64,000 bases of DNA from assembly GCA_040218735.1 (NCBI GenBank), contig JAVJQW010000043.1, forward strand, positions 320,001 through 384,000. Direction: 5' to 3'. Positions 18,358 through 26,727 of this stretch are shown one piece after another. Under the pieces are notes generated by a model. That model had not been told where the DNA came from, searched no databases, and saw only the letters and a list, made by a program, of their open reading frames with translations. Positions within the stretch are counted from its first letter, which is position 1. Each line of letters starts with the position of its first letter. This DNA comes from Deltaproteobacteria bacterium. Lineage in GTDB: Bacteria > Myxococcota > Kuafuiibacteriia > Kuafuiibacteriales > Kuafuiibacteriaceae. Made by a program: the position numbers and the translations under genes.

Positions 18358-19850
18358 TTCACGAGCTGCTCCGTTGGTGGATCGGGCTCGGCATCACCGC
18401 GCTGGGGCACGTGCTCACGCTCGTGCATCGCGTTCGCACGAAGCGCTACCGGAGCACGCAAGCCAGCTTGCGCGAGCGCTACGGCGTCGAGGGGGCACCG
18501 ATCCTTGCTTGGGGACCACAGCTCGAAGCCCGCGTCGTCGAATTCGCCGAAGCCCACGACGCGCGCTTCGCGTTCACCTCCGGCTCCACGGCGCGCCCGA
18601 AGCGCATCGCCTACCCGGCGTCGCGCGTGCGCATGGTGAAGTGGGTCTACTCGGACACCTTCGCGCGGTGTTACGCGGCGCTCGCGATCCGTCGCAAGAG
18701 CCTCTACGTGTTCAGCGCGCTCGCCGAGGACGGCTCCCTCACGGGCATCCTCCTCGAGGAGCCGCGCCTCGTCCCGTTCTTCTCCGGACTCCAGGCCCCC
18801 TACCGCGTGCACGCACACCCCGCGATGCAGGCGCTCGTGCCGAAGTACGGCGCGTCGGCGGCGCGACTGTTCGTCCTGCTCGTCAGCAACCCGGGGGTGC
18901 TCTACGCGACGAACCCTTCGACGCTCGCGCAGTTCTTCGAGCACGTTTACGAACGCTGGGACGAGACCCGCCGGCTCGCCGCCGACTTCCTGCGCGATCC
19001 CTCGGCGTTCGATCCGATCGTTCGACGGATACGTCGGCGCCTGCATTCGGTCGGCGCCGACGCACGCCTCGCGCTCGCCACCGAGGCCTCGGCGCCTCCG
19101 GTCGAAGTGCTCCTCCCCGGGCTCGAGGCGTACGTCTGCTGGGACGGCGGCTACGTCCGCCCGTTCCTCGAGCGCCTCGCGCTGCACCTCCCCGCGGACC
19201 GCTACCGCCACGTGCCGATGTACTCGATGTCCACCGAGACCATCGAGACCATCGCCGACTTCACCGACGGCGTCCGATTCCTCCCGATGGCGCCGGGGGT
19301 GCACTACGAGCTCCTCCCCGAGGGCGCCGACGACGACGTCGAGCGACTCGTGTCCCCTGGGGACGCCGAGGTCGGCGCGCTCTACACCCTCGTCGTCTCG
19401 GACCCGTACGGACTGCTGCGCTACCAGACCAACGATCTGTTCGAGTGCGTCGGACACGTCGAAGGCGTCCCCGATCTCCGCTTCGTTCGCCGCCGCGGCC
19501 TCGAACACTCCTTCACCGGCGAGAAGATCACGGGCGCGCAGCTGGAAGCCGCGTACCGCGAGCTCGCGCTCTCGACCTTCGCCACGTGCATCCCGCACGC
19601 CGCGCCCGAACCGCACTACGAGCTCGCCGTCGTCGCCGACGCGGTCCCCGACGGGCTCGCGGAGCGCTTCGACCGCGCGCTCGGCGCGCAGAACGAGGAG
19701 TACGCCTCCAAACGGAAGAGCGGCCGCCTGGGGGCCCCTCGCGCGACGGCGAACGCGCTCCGCGCCCTCGTGGCCCGTGTGGGGGGCGGAGACGACTGGG
19801 AGTCGCAGTTCAAGCTCCTCCCGCTCCACCGCGAACGACACTCCGGTTGA
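18354..19850 (+). CDS. GH3-family acyl-acid amido synthetase-like protein
   Basis: FTSGSTARPKRI, YSMSTE, YELLP, GLLRYQTNDL and FTGEKIT match GH3 adenylation motifs. GTGA start/stop overlap with the upstream gene. Confidence 0.85.
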   Translation: MIHELLRWWIGLGITALGHVLTLVHRVRTKRYRSTQASLRERYGVEGAPILAWGPQLEARVVEFAEAHDARFAFTSGSTARPKRIAYPASRVRMVKWVYSDTFARCYAALAIRRKSLYVFSALAEDGSLTGILLEEPRLVPFFSGLQAPYRVHAHPAMQALVPKYGASAARLFVLLVSNPGVLYATNPSTLAQFFEHVYERWDETRRLAADFLRDPSAFDPIVRRIRRRLHSVGADARLALATEASAPPVEVLLPGLEAYVCWDGGYVRPFLERLALHLPADRYRHVPMYSMSTETIETIADFTDGVRFLPMAPGVHYELLPEGADDDVERLVSPGDAEVGALYTLVVSDPYGLLRYQTNDLFECVGHVEGVPDLRFVRRRGLEHSFTGEKITGAQLEAAYRELALSTFATCIPHAAPEPHYELAVVADAVPDGLAERFDRALGAQNEEYASKRKSGRLGAPRATANALRALVARVGGGDDWESQFKLLPLHRERHSG

Positions 19851-19889
19851 GTTTTCGGCGAGACGGCCGAATCGACAGAGTGGTTCACC

Positions 19890-21542
19890 ATGAAACGCAT
19901 CGCCATCGCGCTGCTCCTCTTCGGGTGCGCACCCTCCGAGCTCACCGATTCCACGTCCGCCGCGCTCGCGCCCGCGGGGAGCGACGCGTCGTTCGCGAGC
20001 CACTCCGTGCCCGCGCTCTTCGCGCCCGGCGAACGTGTCAACGTGTCCGTCGTCGCCCAGAACACCGGCGCCACGCCGGGGGTGAACGACTGGGCGCCGG
20101 GGGCCTACGCGCTGTATCAGCAGAACACCACGTTCCGCGCGACGGCGCCGCGGGTGATCGTCCCGACGCCCGTCGGCGCGAGCCACGACTTCCGCGGGGT
20201 CGTCACCGCACCGACGACCGTCGGCGCGCATACCTTCTCCGCGCGCATGCACAGCCTCGCGCTCGCGGAGCGCGGTGACTTCGGCGAGACCCTCGTCGTC
20301 CCGAACGTGCAGGTGGTCGCCGGCCGACGTCCCCGTTGGGGCTGCGCGCTCGCGTCGGACGACGTGCCGTCGACGATCGCGCCCGACGCGATCACCACCG
20401 TCAACGTCACCGTCGTGAACACCGGCACGGCCGACTGGGACGTCGGTGCGCACTGCCTTCGCACCACGAACACCGTGGCGGGGACGTTCGGCGCCTCGGC
20501 GATCTGCCCGGCCAACGACGCTTTCGTCCCGGGCGCTCCGCAGGGCACCCCGGTCGGCACCGGCGCCTCGCACACGTTCAGCTTCACGATTCGTGCGCCC
20601 GCCACGCCGGGGGCCTACCGCTTCCGACGACAGATGTACGAGATCCGGCCGTGGTCGCAGGGCGGCGTCACGTTCTTCGCGCCCTCCGACTGCGTCGACC
20701 TCCCGGTACAGGTCGCGGTGCCGACCGGACCGCGACCCTACGACGCGATCTTCGAGGCGAGCGCGAGTCAGCTCCCCACGCAGATGGCGCCCGGCGAGCG
20801 GCGCCGCATCTCGGTGCGCATGATGAACGCCGGCACGGCGACGTGGCCCGGTGACGGGACGGTCGCGCCCGGCAACACGATCCTCCGCAGCGTCGGTACG
20901 CCGTTCGATCGCTTCGGTCCTACGACGACGATCGCGAACCCCGCGCCCGTCTACCCCGGCGCGAGCGCGGACTACGCGTGGGTCATCACGGCGCCGGCGA
21001 CGCCCGGCGCCTACCCGCTCCAGTTCCAGAGCTACGGCGCGTTCACGGGGGCAGGGTACTTCGGCGAGGTCACCTCCGCGACGATCGCCGTCGTCGCCGG
21101 TGCGCAGCGCGCGCACGACGCGGACGTCTCCGCGGTGTACTTCCCGATCATGTCCCCGCTGCGCCCCGCGACGTTCGAAGTCGTGATGCGCAACCGCGGC
21201 TCGGACCCCTGGGTCGCGGGCGCCTACGCGCTCGTCTCCACGGGGTCGCCGGTGAACCTGTTCGGCACGACCGTCGTCCCGCTCGATGTGGACGTCCCCA
21301 GCGGGGGCAGCGTGAAGTTCAGCTTCGCGGTGCGCGGACCGCAGAACGCGGGCACCTTCCCCGTGCGTTTCACCATGCGTCACCCCGACGCCGCGATCGG
21401 TGTCTTCGGCGACGAGACACCGGGGCACGTGCTCGTCCTCGCGACGTGCGGCAACCAGCAGCTCGATCCGAACGAGCAGTGCGACGACGGCAACACGACC
21501 GGCGGCGACGGCTGCTCACCGGGCTGTCAGCTCGAACCCTGA
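19890..21542 (+). CDS. Lipoprotein with four NBR1-Ig-like repeats and a C-terminal myxobacterial Cys-rich (DUF4215-like) repeat
   Basis: Lipobox LFGC. Four copies of P....PG.......N.G...W with AP..PG.Y, and terminal CGNQQLDPNEQCDDGNTTGGDGCSPGCQLE. Confidence 0.8.
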   Translation: MKRIAIALLLFGCAPSELTDSTSAALAPAGSDASFASHSVPALFAPGERVNVSVVAQNTGATPGVNDWAPGAYALYQQNTTFRATAPRVIVPTPVGASHDFRGVVTAPTTVGAHTFSARMHSLALAERGDFGETLVVPNVQVVAGRRPRWGCALASDDVPSTIAPDAITTVNVTVVNTGTADWDVGAHCLRTTNTVAGTFGASAICPANDAFVPGAPQGTPVGTGASHTFSFTIRAPATPGAYRFRRQMYEIRPWSQGGVTFFAPSDCVDLPVQVAVPTGPRPYDAIFEASASQLPTQMAPGERRRISVRMMNAGTATWPGDGTVAPGNTILRSVGTPFDRFGPTTTIANPAPVYPGASADYAWVITAPATPGAYPLQFQSYGAFTGAGYFGEVTSATIAVVAGAQRAHDADVSAVYFPIMSPLRPATFEVVMRNRGSDPWVAGAYALVSTGSPVNLFGTTVVPLDVDVPSGGSVKFSFAVRGPQNAGTFPVRFTMRHPDAAIGVFGDETPGHVLVLATCGNQQLDPNEQCDDGNTTGGDGCSPGCQLEP

Positions 21543-22855
21543 GGCGCTGAGGCGCTCACGCCTCGGAACGCATCCCGATCGATCCCATACAGCTCCATCC
21601 ATCGGTAGACCTGCTGTCGGTGGCAGTCGAACGCGCGGCACACCCCGGCGACGTTGCCGTCGTGGACTTCGAGCGCCTCGACCAGCGCTTCGCGCGAAGG
21701 CGGCGCTCCGTCCTTACACTGCGTGTTCGTAGTCGTCGTGGGGAGGCAAGCCGCGTCGACGACGCCGGACGCATCCATCATGATCGCGCAGAACTTCGCG
21801 GTGTGCTGTAGCTCGCGGATGTTCTGCGGCCACGCGTGGGCGAGCAGCGATTCGGCCGCGCACGGCGCGATCCTCGCCTCGGGCACGTCGAGGAAACGGT
21901 GGAACAGCGGGAGGATCTCCGACCTACGCTCCGCGAGCGGCGGAATTCGAATCGTCACGCCCCGAAGGCGAGCGAGGAGATCCTCTCGGAACGTACCTTC
22001 GCGGACGCGTCGTTCGAGGTCCGCGTGGGTCGCTGCGATGACCCGGACGTCCACGCGTCGCTCGGCGTCGGAGCCGACTGGGCGCACGAAGCCATCCTGG
22101 AGTGTCCGGAGCAGGTGCGCTTGCAGCTCGAGCGGGAGCTCGGCGATCTCGTCGAGGAGCAGGGTGCCTCCGTGGGCCCGCACGAAGAGGCCGTCGCGCT
22201 CTCGCGTCGCGCCCGAGAACGCTCCGATTGCGTGCCCGAAGAGCTCACTCGCGATCAGCCCCGGCGGAAGCGCGCCGCAGTTGACGGGGACGAAGTCGCC
22301 GTCGCGTCCGGACCGCTCGTGAATGCGTCGTGCGAGGTGTTCCTTCCCTGCGCCGGTGTCGCCGACGACCAGCACGCCGAGCTCGTGCGGCGCGACGCGG
22401 TCGGCGAGCGCGTGCGCGGGGAACAGCGCGGGGGGCGCGCCTGGCCACCATTCGGGCGTCGAACGCGACACGGTGAAGAGGGTCGCGCCGATTCGGACGA
22501 GCGCACCGGGGCGGAGGTACGCGGAGGCGGTTCGACGGCCATCGACGTAAGTGCCGTTGAGGCTCTGTTCATCGTCGATGCGGTAGACACCGACGGAGCG
22601 GACGAGACGAATCGTCGCGTGGTGTCGACTGGCGCCGGGGTCCGAGATGCGCCAACCATCGCGCTCGTCAACATCGCGGCCCAGGCGCAGCTTCGATCGC
22701 CCCAAGGCGCGGTGCGTGGGATGACGCTCTTCCGGGTAGAGCTGGGTGAGGACCCAAGTCGTGGAGTCCCGCCTAAGCTTCGTGGGTACCGGTAGGGGAC
22801 AGGTCGTGTCGGTCCGGATCGTCGAGTGAATCGTGGCGGTAGATGAAGCGTGCAT
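21527..22855 (-). CDS. FHA-domain sigma54-dependent transcriptional activator
   Basis: FHA (LGR, SRHHA, SLNGT), Walker A GDTGAGKE, GAFSGA, LLLDEI, WPQNIREL and a C-terminal Fis-type HTH. Confidence 0.9.
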   Translation of the reverse strand: MHASSTATIHSTIRTDTTCPLPVPTKLRRDSTTWVLTQLYPEERHPTHRALGRSKLRLGRDVDERDGWRISDPGASRHHATIRLVRSVGVYRIDDEQSLNGTYVDGRRTASAYLRPGALVRIGATLFTVSRSTPEWWPGAPPALFPAHALADRVAPHELGVLVVGDTGAGKEHLARRIHERSGRDGDFVPVNCGALPPGLIASELFGHAIGAFSGATRERDGLFVRAHGGTLLLDEIAELPLELQAHLLRTLQDGFVRPVGSDAERRVDVRVIAATHADLERRVREGTFREDLLARLRGVTIRIPPLAERRSEILPLFHRFLDVPEARIAPCAAESLLAHAWPQNIRELQHTAKFCAIMMDASGVVDAACLPTTTTNTQCKDGAPPSREALVEALEVHDGNVAGVCRAFDCHRQQVYRWMELYGIDRDAFRGVSASAPQGSS

Positions 22856-22948
22856 CGACGCGATCGAGGATGCGGGGCGGGGTCGGCGAGGCCCACGACC
22901 GATCGTCTGGAGTTCTTGCTCCAGCGTCCGGGGGGGCCGTGGTGCTGG

Positions 22949-23959
22949 TCACGCCGACGGCGCAGGGCCGAAGGGCGATCGGGTCTCGCGCCACTCGGTT
23001 GGGGGAATGCCCACCACGCGCTTGAACGCGCGACTGAACGCCGCCTCGGATTCGTAACCGACTTCCTGCGCGACTGCGAAGAGCTTGACCCCTTCGTTCG
23101 TGAGCTGACGCGCCGCGAGCTGCATTCGCCAGAGCGTGAGGTACTGCATCGGAGGTTGTCCGACGAGGCGCGCAAAGCGCTCGGCGAGCGTCGATCTCGA
23201 CGACCCGACGGCCCGTGCGAGGTTCGCGAGGGTCCATCGTTCTCGCGGCCGACCGTGGATCAGCGCGAGTGCCTTCGACACGATCGGTTCCCGCAGCCCC
23301 GCGAGCCACCCCGTCGGGATCGGCTCGGAGGACGTGACGTAGCGGCGAAGGACCGCGATCAACATCGCTTCGCTCAGGCGCAGGAGCACGCTCCGCCCAC
23401 CGTCCCCGGGGGCGAATGCCTCCTGGAGCGCGAAGTCGATCAGGTTGGAGAGGTGATCCGTGCGACCGTCGTCGAGCCGCGGCACCCGGATGAGTCGGGG
23501 GAGGGACTCGATGAGTGGGTTGTACGGACTCAAGTCACACCCCAGGAACCCACAGATGATTCGGTTGGACTCCTCGCCCCCGCCACCGTCGCGGATGACG
23601 TTGCCGAACTCTCCGTCCCGGATCTGTCGGAGTACGTGCTCCGCGCCGGTGGTGTGCTCGGGGTCGTAGAGGAGCGGTTCGTTCGACATCACGTACGCGT
23701 CGCCCCGGGGGACGACGAAGATGTCCCCGGTCTCGAGGTGCACCGGATCCTCGCCCGGTACACCGCCCCAGCACGGGCCCTCCGTCACGATGTGGTACGA
23801 GATGATTCGCTCCGCGTCGGGGAGCAGGTACGACCCCAGCCGATCGTCACTCGGGATGTCGTAGCGAAAGGGCCACGATGGCTCCCAGACGAAGAGCGTC
23901 GCGCCGTTCAGCCGGACGTGGTCCAGGACGTCGGAGATGGGGTCGCCGTCGCTCTTCAT
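22949..23959 (-). CDS. AraC-family regulator with cupin domain
   Basis: DPISDVL N-terminus, YHIVTEG, GWLAGLREP, WTLANLA..SRS and VGYESEAAFSRAFKR. Confidence 0.92.
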   Translation of the reverse strand: MKSDGDPISDVLDHVRLNGATLFVWEPSWPFRYDIPSDDRLGSYLLPDAERIISYHIVTEGPCWGGVPGEDPVHLETGDIFVVPRGDAYVMSNEPLLYDPEHTTGAEHVLRQIRDGEFGNVIRDGGGGEESNRIICGFLGCDLSPYNPLIESLPRLIRVPRLDDGRTDHLSNLIDFALQEAFAPGDGGRSVLLRLSEAMLIAVLRRYVTSSEPIPTGWLAGLREPIVSKALALIHGRPRERWTLANLARAVGSSRSTLAERFARLVGQPPMQYLTLWRMQLAARQLTNEGVKLFAVAQEVGYESEAAFSRAFKRVVGIPPTEWRETRSPFGPAPSA

Positions 23960-24007
23960 GAGGCGGCGAAATTAACACGTACCGATCGGTGAGCGATGTG
24001 CGCTCCG

Positions 24008-24451
24008 CTACGCGCGGCGTGCAGGGACGCGACGAGTTGCGCGACGGCGCTCGAGATCCGTCCAGCGGCGCTGGTGCAACATCGCGTTGCCGCGCGCGCG
24101 TCCGGGGGCGCGATCGATCGCGGCTGCGTGAATGCGGTGACCCGTGACGTCGACGCTACGGGACTTCTTGGCTTCACCCGCCTCCTGAAGGATCGCGGGC
24201 GCGCGGAGCTTCAGCACGACGATCAGCTGCGTGGCCGCCGCGGTCGCTTCCGCCTGCCCGAGCGCGATCGCGAGGCGCGCGAGGGTCTCGAGCGCCTGCG
24301 CCTTCGACACGCCGGGTTGTGTGAGGCACCTGTCGACCGCGTCCGCGAGGCGCTCCGGGGCCCCCCAGACGAATCGACCGGTCTCGGCGTCCGTCGCGAG
24401 CAGCGCAAACACGGGGCTGAGGCGCTTCACCCAGATCTTCGGGACGTTCAT
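24008..24451 (-). CDS. Hypothetical protein
   Basis: 147-aa ORF whose ATG overlaps the upstream TGA at 24451. Confidence 0.65.
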   Translation of the reverse strand: MNVPKIWVKRLSPVFALLATDAETGRFVWGAPERLADAVDRCLTQPGVSKAQALETLARLAIALGQAEATAAATQLIVVLKLRAPAILQEAGEAKKSRSVDVTGHRIHAAAIDRAPGRARGNAMLHQRRWTDLERRRATRRVPARRA

Positions 24452-25317
24452 CAGGCGTCACCGCTCCCGCCGTCACTGTCGCCGTCGCTGGCGCCCGCGT
24501 CGGAGTCCGAGTCCGCAGACGCCGAAGCCGAATCGGTGTCGGAGTCCGTCGCGTCGCTGACCGCGTCGCTCACGGCGTCGACGGCGTCGCTGATCGCGTC
24601 GCCGATGCCCGCGACCGCGTCGCCAAGTCCTGAGACCGCGTCGCCGATCGCGTCGCCGATGCCCGAGACCGCGTCGCCGAAGCTGTCCGCCATCCCCGAG
24701 AGGCCGTCGGAGAGCCCGTCGAGGCCGAACGCGCCGGCGACCCCGGCGAGGCCGTTGAGCGCGCCGCCGACCGTGCCTGCGAACCCGCCGAGCGCGCCGT
24801 TCACCGCCGCGCTGGCGATGCCCGAGAGGCCCTTGCCTTCGAGCGCCGCTTCGACCGCGCTGGCCGCGAAGCCGAGGCCCGGCACCGCGCCGACCACCGA
24901 GGCCGCGACGGACGCAGGGCTGGACGCGTCGATGCCCAACGCACCGAGCGCCGCGGTCGCGTCGCCGGCGGCGAGGCCGCTCACCGCGTCGGTGATCCCG
25001 TCGATGTCGACGCCGGTCACGGCGCCGACCACGTCCGCGACGTCCGTCGAGCCGGTCAGGCCGGAGATGTCGACGCCGGTGACGGCGCCGATCGCGTCGG
25101 TCACCCCGGAGAAGTCGATGCTCCCCGTGCCGGCCGGAGCCGCGCCGCTGAAGCCGTCGAACCCGGGCCCGCCGCCGAGCGCGGCGAGCGTCGCGGGCAC
25201 CCGCGCGCCTACATCGTCGCCCCACATGGACATGACGAGCTCGCTGAACTGCTGCGCGGAGGCCGCGTTGAGGCCCCCGATGGAGAAAGCGGATCCGCTG
25301 ACGGAATTGACGGCCAT
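24451..25317 (-). CDS. Gly/Ala/Asp/Ser-rich low-complexity protein
   Basis: ATG at 25317 (MAVNSVSGSAF...). GDAV/SDAV repeats and an acidic tail. The upstream part of the 717-aa track ORF is antisense shadow of the PKD gene. Confidence 0.75.
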   Translation of the reverse strand: MAVNSVSGSAFSIGGLNAASAQQFSELVMSMWGDDVGARVPATLAALGGGPGFDGFSGAAPAGTGSIDFSGVTDAIGAVTGVDISGLTGSTDVADVVGAVTGVDIDGITDAVSGLAAGDATAALGALGIDASSPASVAASVVGAVPGLGFAASAVEAALEGKGLSGIASAAVNGALGGFAGTVGGALNGLAGVAGAFGLDGLSDGLSGMADSFGDAVSGIGDAIGDAVSGLGDAVAGIGDAISDAVDAVSDAVSDATDSDTDSASASADSDSDAGASDGDSDGGSGDA

Positions 25318-25332
25318 AACGTCGCCGAAGAG

Positions 25333-25348
25333 AGCAGCTTTTGTGCCG
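25333..25348 (-). promoter_or_regulatory. Sigma54 -24/-12 promoter
   Basis: Minus strand reads CGGCACAAAAGCTGCT, i.e. GG-N10-GC with the GGCAC core, ending about 16 nt before ATG 25317. Confidence 0.6.
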
Positions 25349-25388
25349 GGCCTTCGCGCTCCACCGCGGCGGAGCGATCGGCCCGATC

Positions 25389-25432
25389 GTGTCGGGTCGG
25401 CCCGGCACAACGGTGTTGGGTGCGCCCGACAC
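25389..25432. repeat. Nested imperfect inverted repeat
   Basis: GTGTCGGG-tcgg-CCCGGCAC-aacg-GTGTTGGG-tgcg-CCCGACAC in the divergent intergenic region. Confidence 0.6.
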
Positions 25433-25476
25433 ACGAGATTGTGCGCATCAGGTGATCTCAGTACGCTCGGCGGGTC

Positions 25477-26727
25477 ATGCTGCGCCGACCCTCGTTTCTC
25501 CTCTTCCTCTCCGTCGCGCTCCCCTCCGCCGCCTGTAACGATCCCGTCGAGCAGGTCGTCGTCGCGGAGAACCTCCTCCCCGAGGCCAAGATCCGCGCCC
25601 AGAGCACGGCGGGCGTGCAGGAGCTCGTCCGCTTCGACGGGACCGAGTCCGTGGATCAGGACGGCCGCATCGACCGCTACGCCTGGACGTTCGGCGAGGG
25701 CGCGACCACCGCGTCGACCGCCATCGCGTTCCACCTCTACGACGCCCCCGGCACCTACGAGGTCCGCCTGACCGTCACCGACAACCGCGGAGAGTCCTCG
25801 ACCGCGACGCACGCCGTCACGATCGCGAACCTCCCCTCCAATCAGCCGCCGACGGCGGTGATCACCGCGCCGACCGTCGGGGATCCCGGGCAGCCCGTGT
25901 TGTTCGACGGCCGTATGTCGAGCGACGTCGACGGCTCGATCGAGCGCTACGAGTGGGTGCTCGGCGTCGGCGGCCCCGCCGCGCAGGGCCCGCAGGTCTC
26001 CCACACGTTCGTGATGCCCGGGACCTACGAAGTCACGCTCGCGGTCACCGACGATCGCGGCGCGCGCTCCACGACCACCCACACAATCGAGATCGGCTCG
26101 GCGCCCATGAACCGCGCGCCGGTCGCGAACGCGGGGATGGATCGCAACGTCGGCGTGGGTGAAGCGGTCGACTTCGACGGCAGCATGTCGTTCGACGCCG
26201 ACGGGAGCATCGCGACCTACGACTGGAACTTCGGCGACGGCGCGATGGCGAGCGGCGCGATGGCCACGCACACGTACAACGTGGAGGCGACGTTCCGCGT
26301 CACGCTCACGGTGACGGACGACATGGGCCTGACCGGAACGGACACCGCGACGATCACGGTTGGCAACCAAAACTACGACGGTGAGTACTCGATGGTCGCG
26401 AACCCGAGCGTCGGGGTCTGCCTCGGGATGCAGGCGGTCTTTGCGGCCACGACGATCTCCTTCACGTCGAGTGGCACGATGCTCACGGGGACCATCCCGA
26501 ACCCCGAGAACCCGAACGGCCCCGCGATCGTCCTCACGGGCTCGATCACGGGGCCGAACTTCTCGATCAACGGCTTGTTCACGGACAGCCAGGGCGGTGA
26601 CCACGACATTACGCTGGTCGGGACGTTCTCGGGGACCTCGTACACGGCGACGCAGACGGAGACGATCTCCATCGTCATGGTCCCGCTGTGCACCGTGATG
26701 TGGAACATCTCCGGGGATCGGATCTGA
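25477..26727 (+). CDS. PKD-domain lipoprotein (three PKD domains)
   Basis: Lipobox SAAC. Three FDG..S.D.DG.I..Y.W.(F)G repeats with PGTYEV.L.VTD. Confidence 0.88.
   Translation: MLRRPSFLLFLSVALPSAACNDPVEQVVVAENLLPEAKIRAQSTAGVQELVRFDGTESVDQDGRIDRYAWTFGEGATTASTAIAFHLYDAPGTYEVRLTVTDNRGESSTATHAVTIANLPSNQPPTAVITAPTVGDPGQPVLFDGRMSSDVDGSIERYEWVLGVGGPAAQGPQVSHTFVMPGTYEVTLAVTDDRGARSTTTHTIEIGSAPMNRAPVANAGMDRNVGVGEAVDFDGSMSFDADGSIATYDWNFGDGAMASGAMATHTYNVEATFRVTLTVTDDMGLTGTDTATITVGNQNYDGEYSMVANPSVGVCLGMQAVFAATTISFTSSGTMLTGTIPNPENPNGPAIVLTGSITGPNFSINGLFTDSQGGDHDITLVGTFSGTSYTATQTETISIVMVPLCTVMWNISGDRI

Noticed and set aside
18264-21428. 1054-aa minus-strand ORF
   Set aside because: It is shadow of the GH3 and NBR1-Ig-like genes.
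21527-23959. Slightly less GC-biased stretch suggesting an island
   Set aside because: The difference is modest and judged by eye, and I found no integrase, transposase, tRNA or flanking direct repeats.
24460-25110. Repetitive DNA resembling an array
   Set aside because: The repeats are degenerate, codon-phased GDAV-type coding repeats with no constant repeat and unique spacers, and no cas genes are present, so this is not CRISPR.
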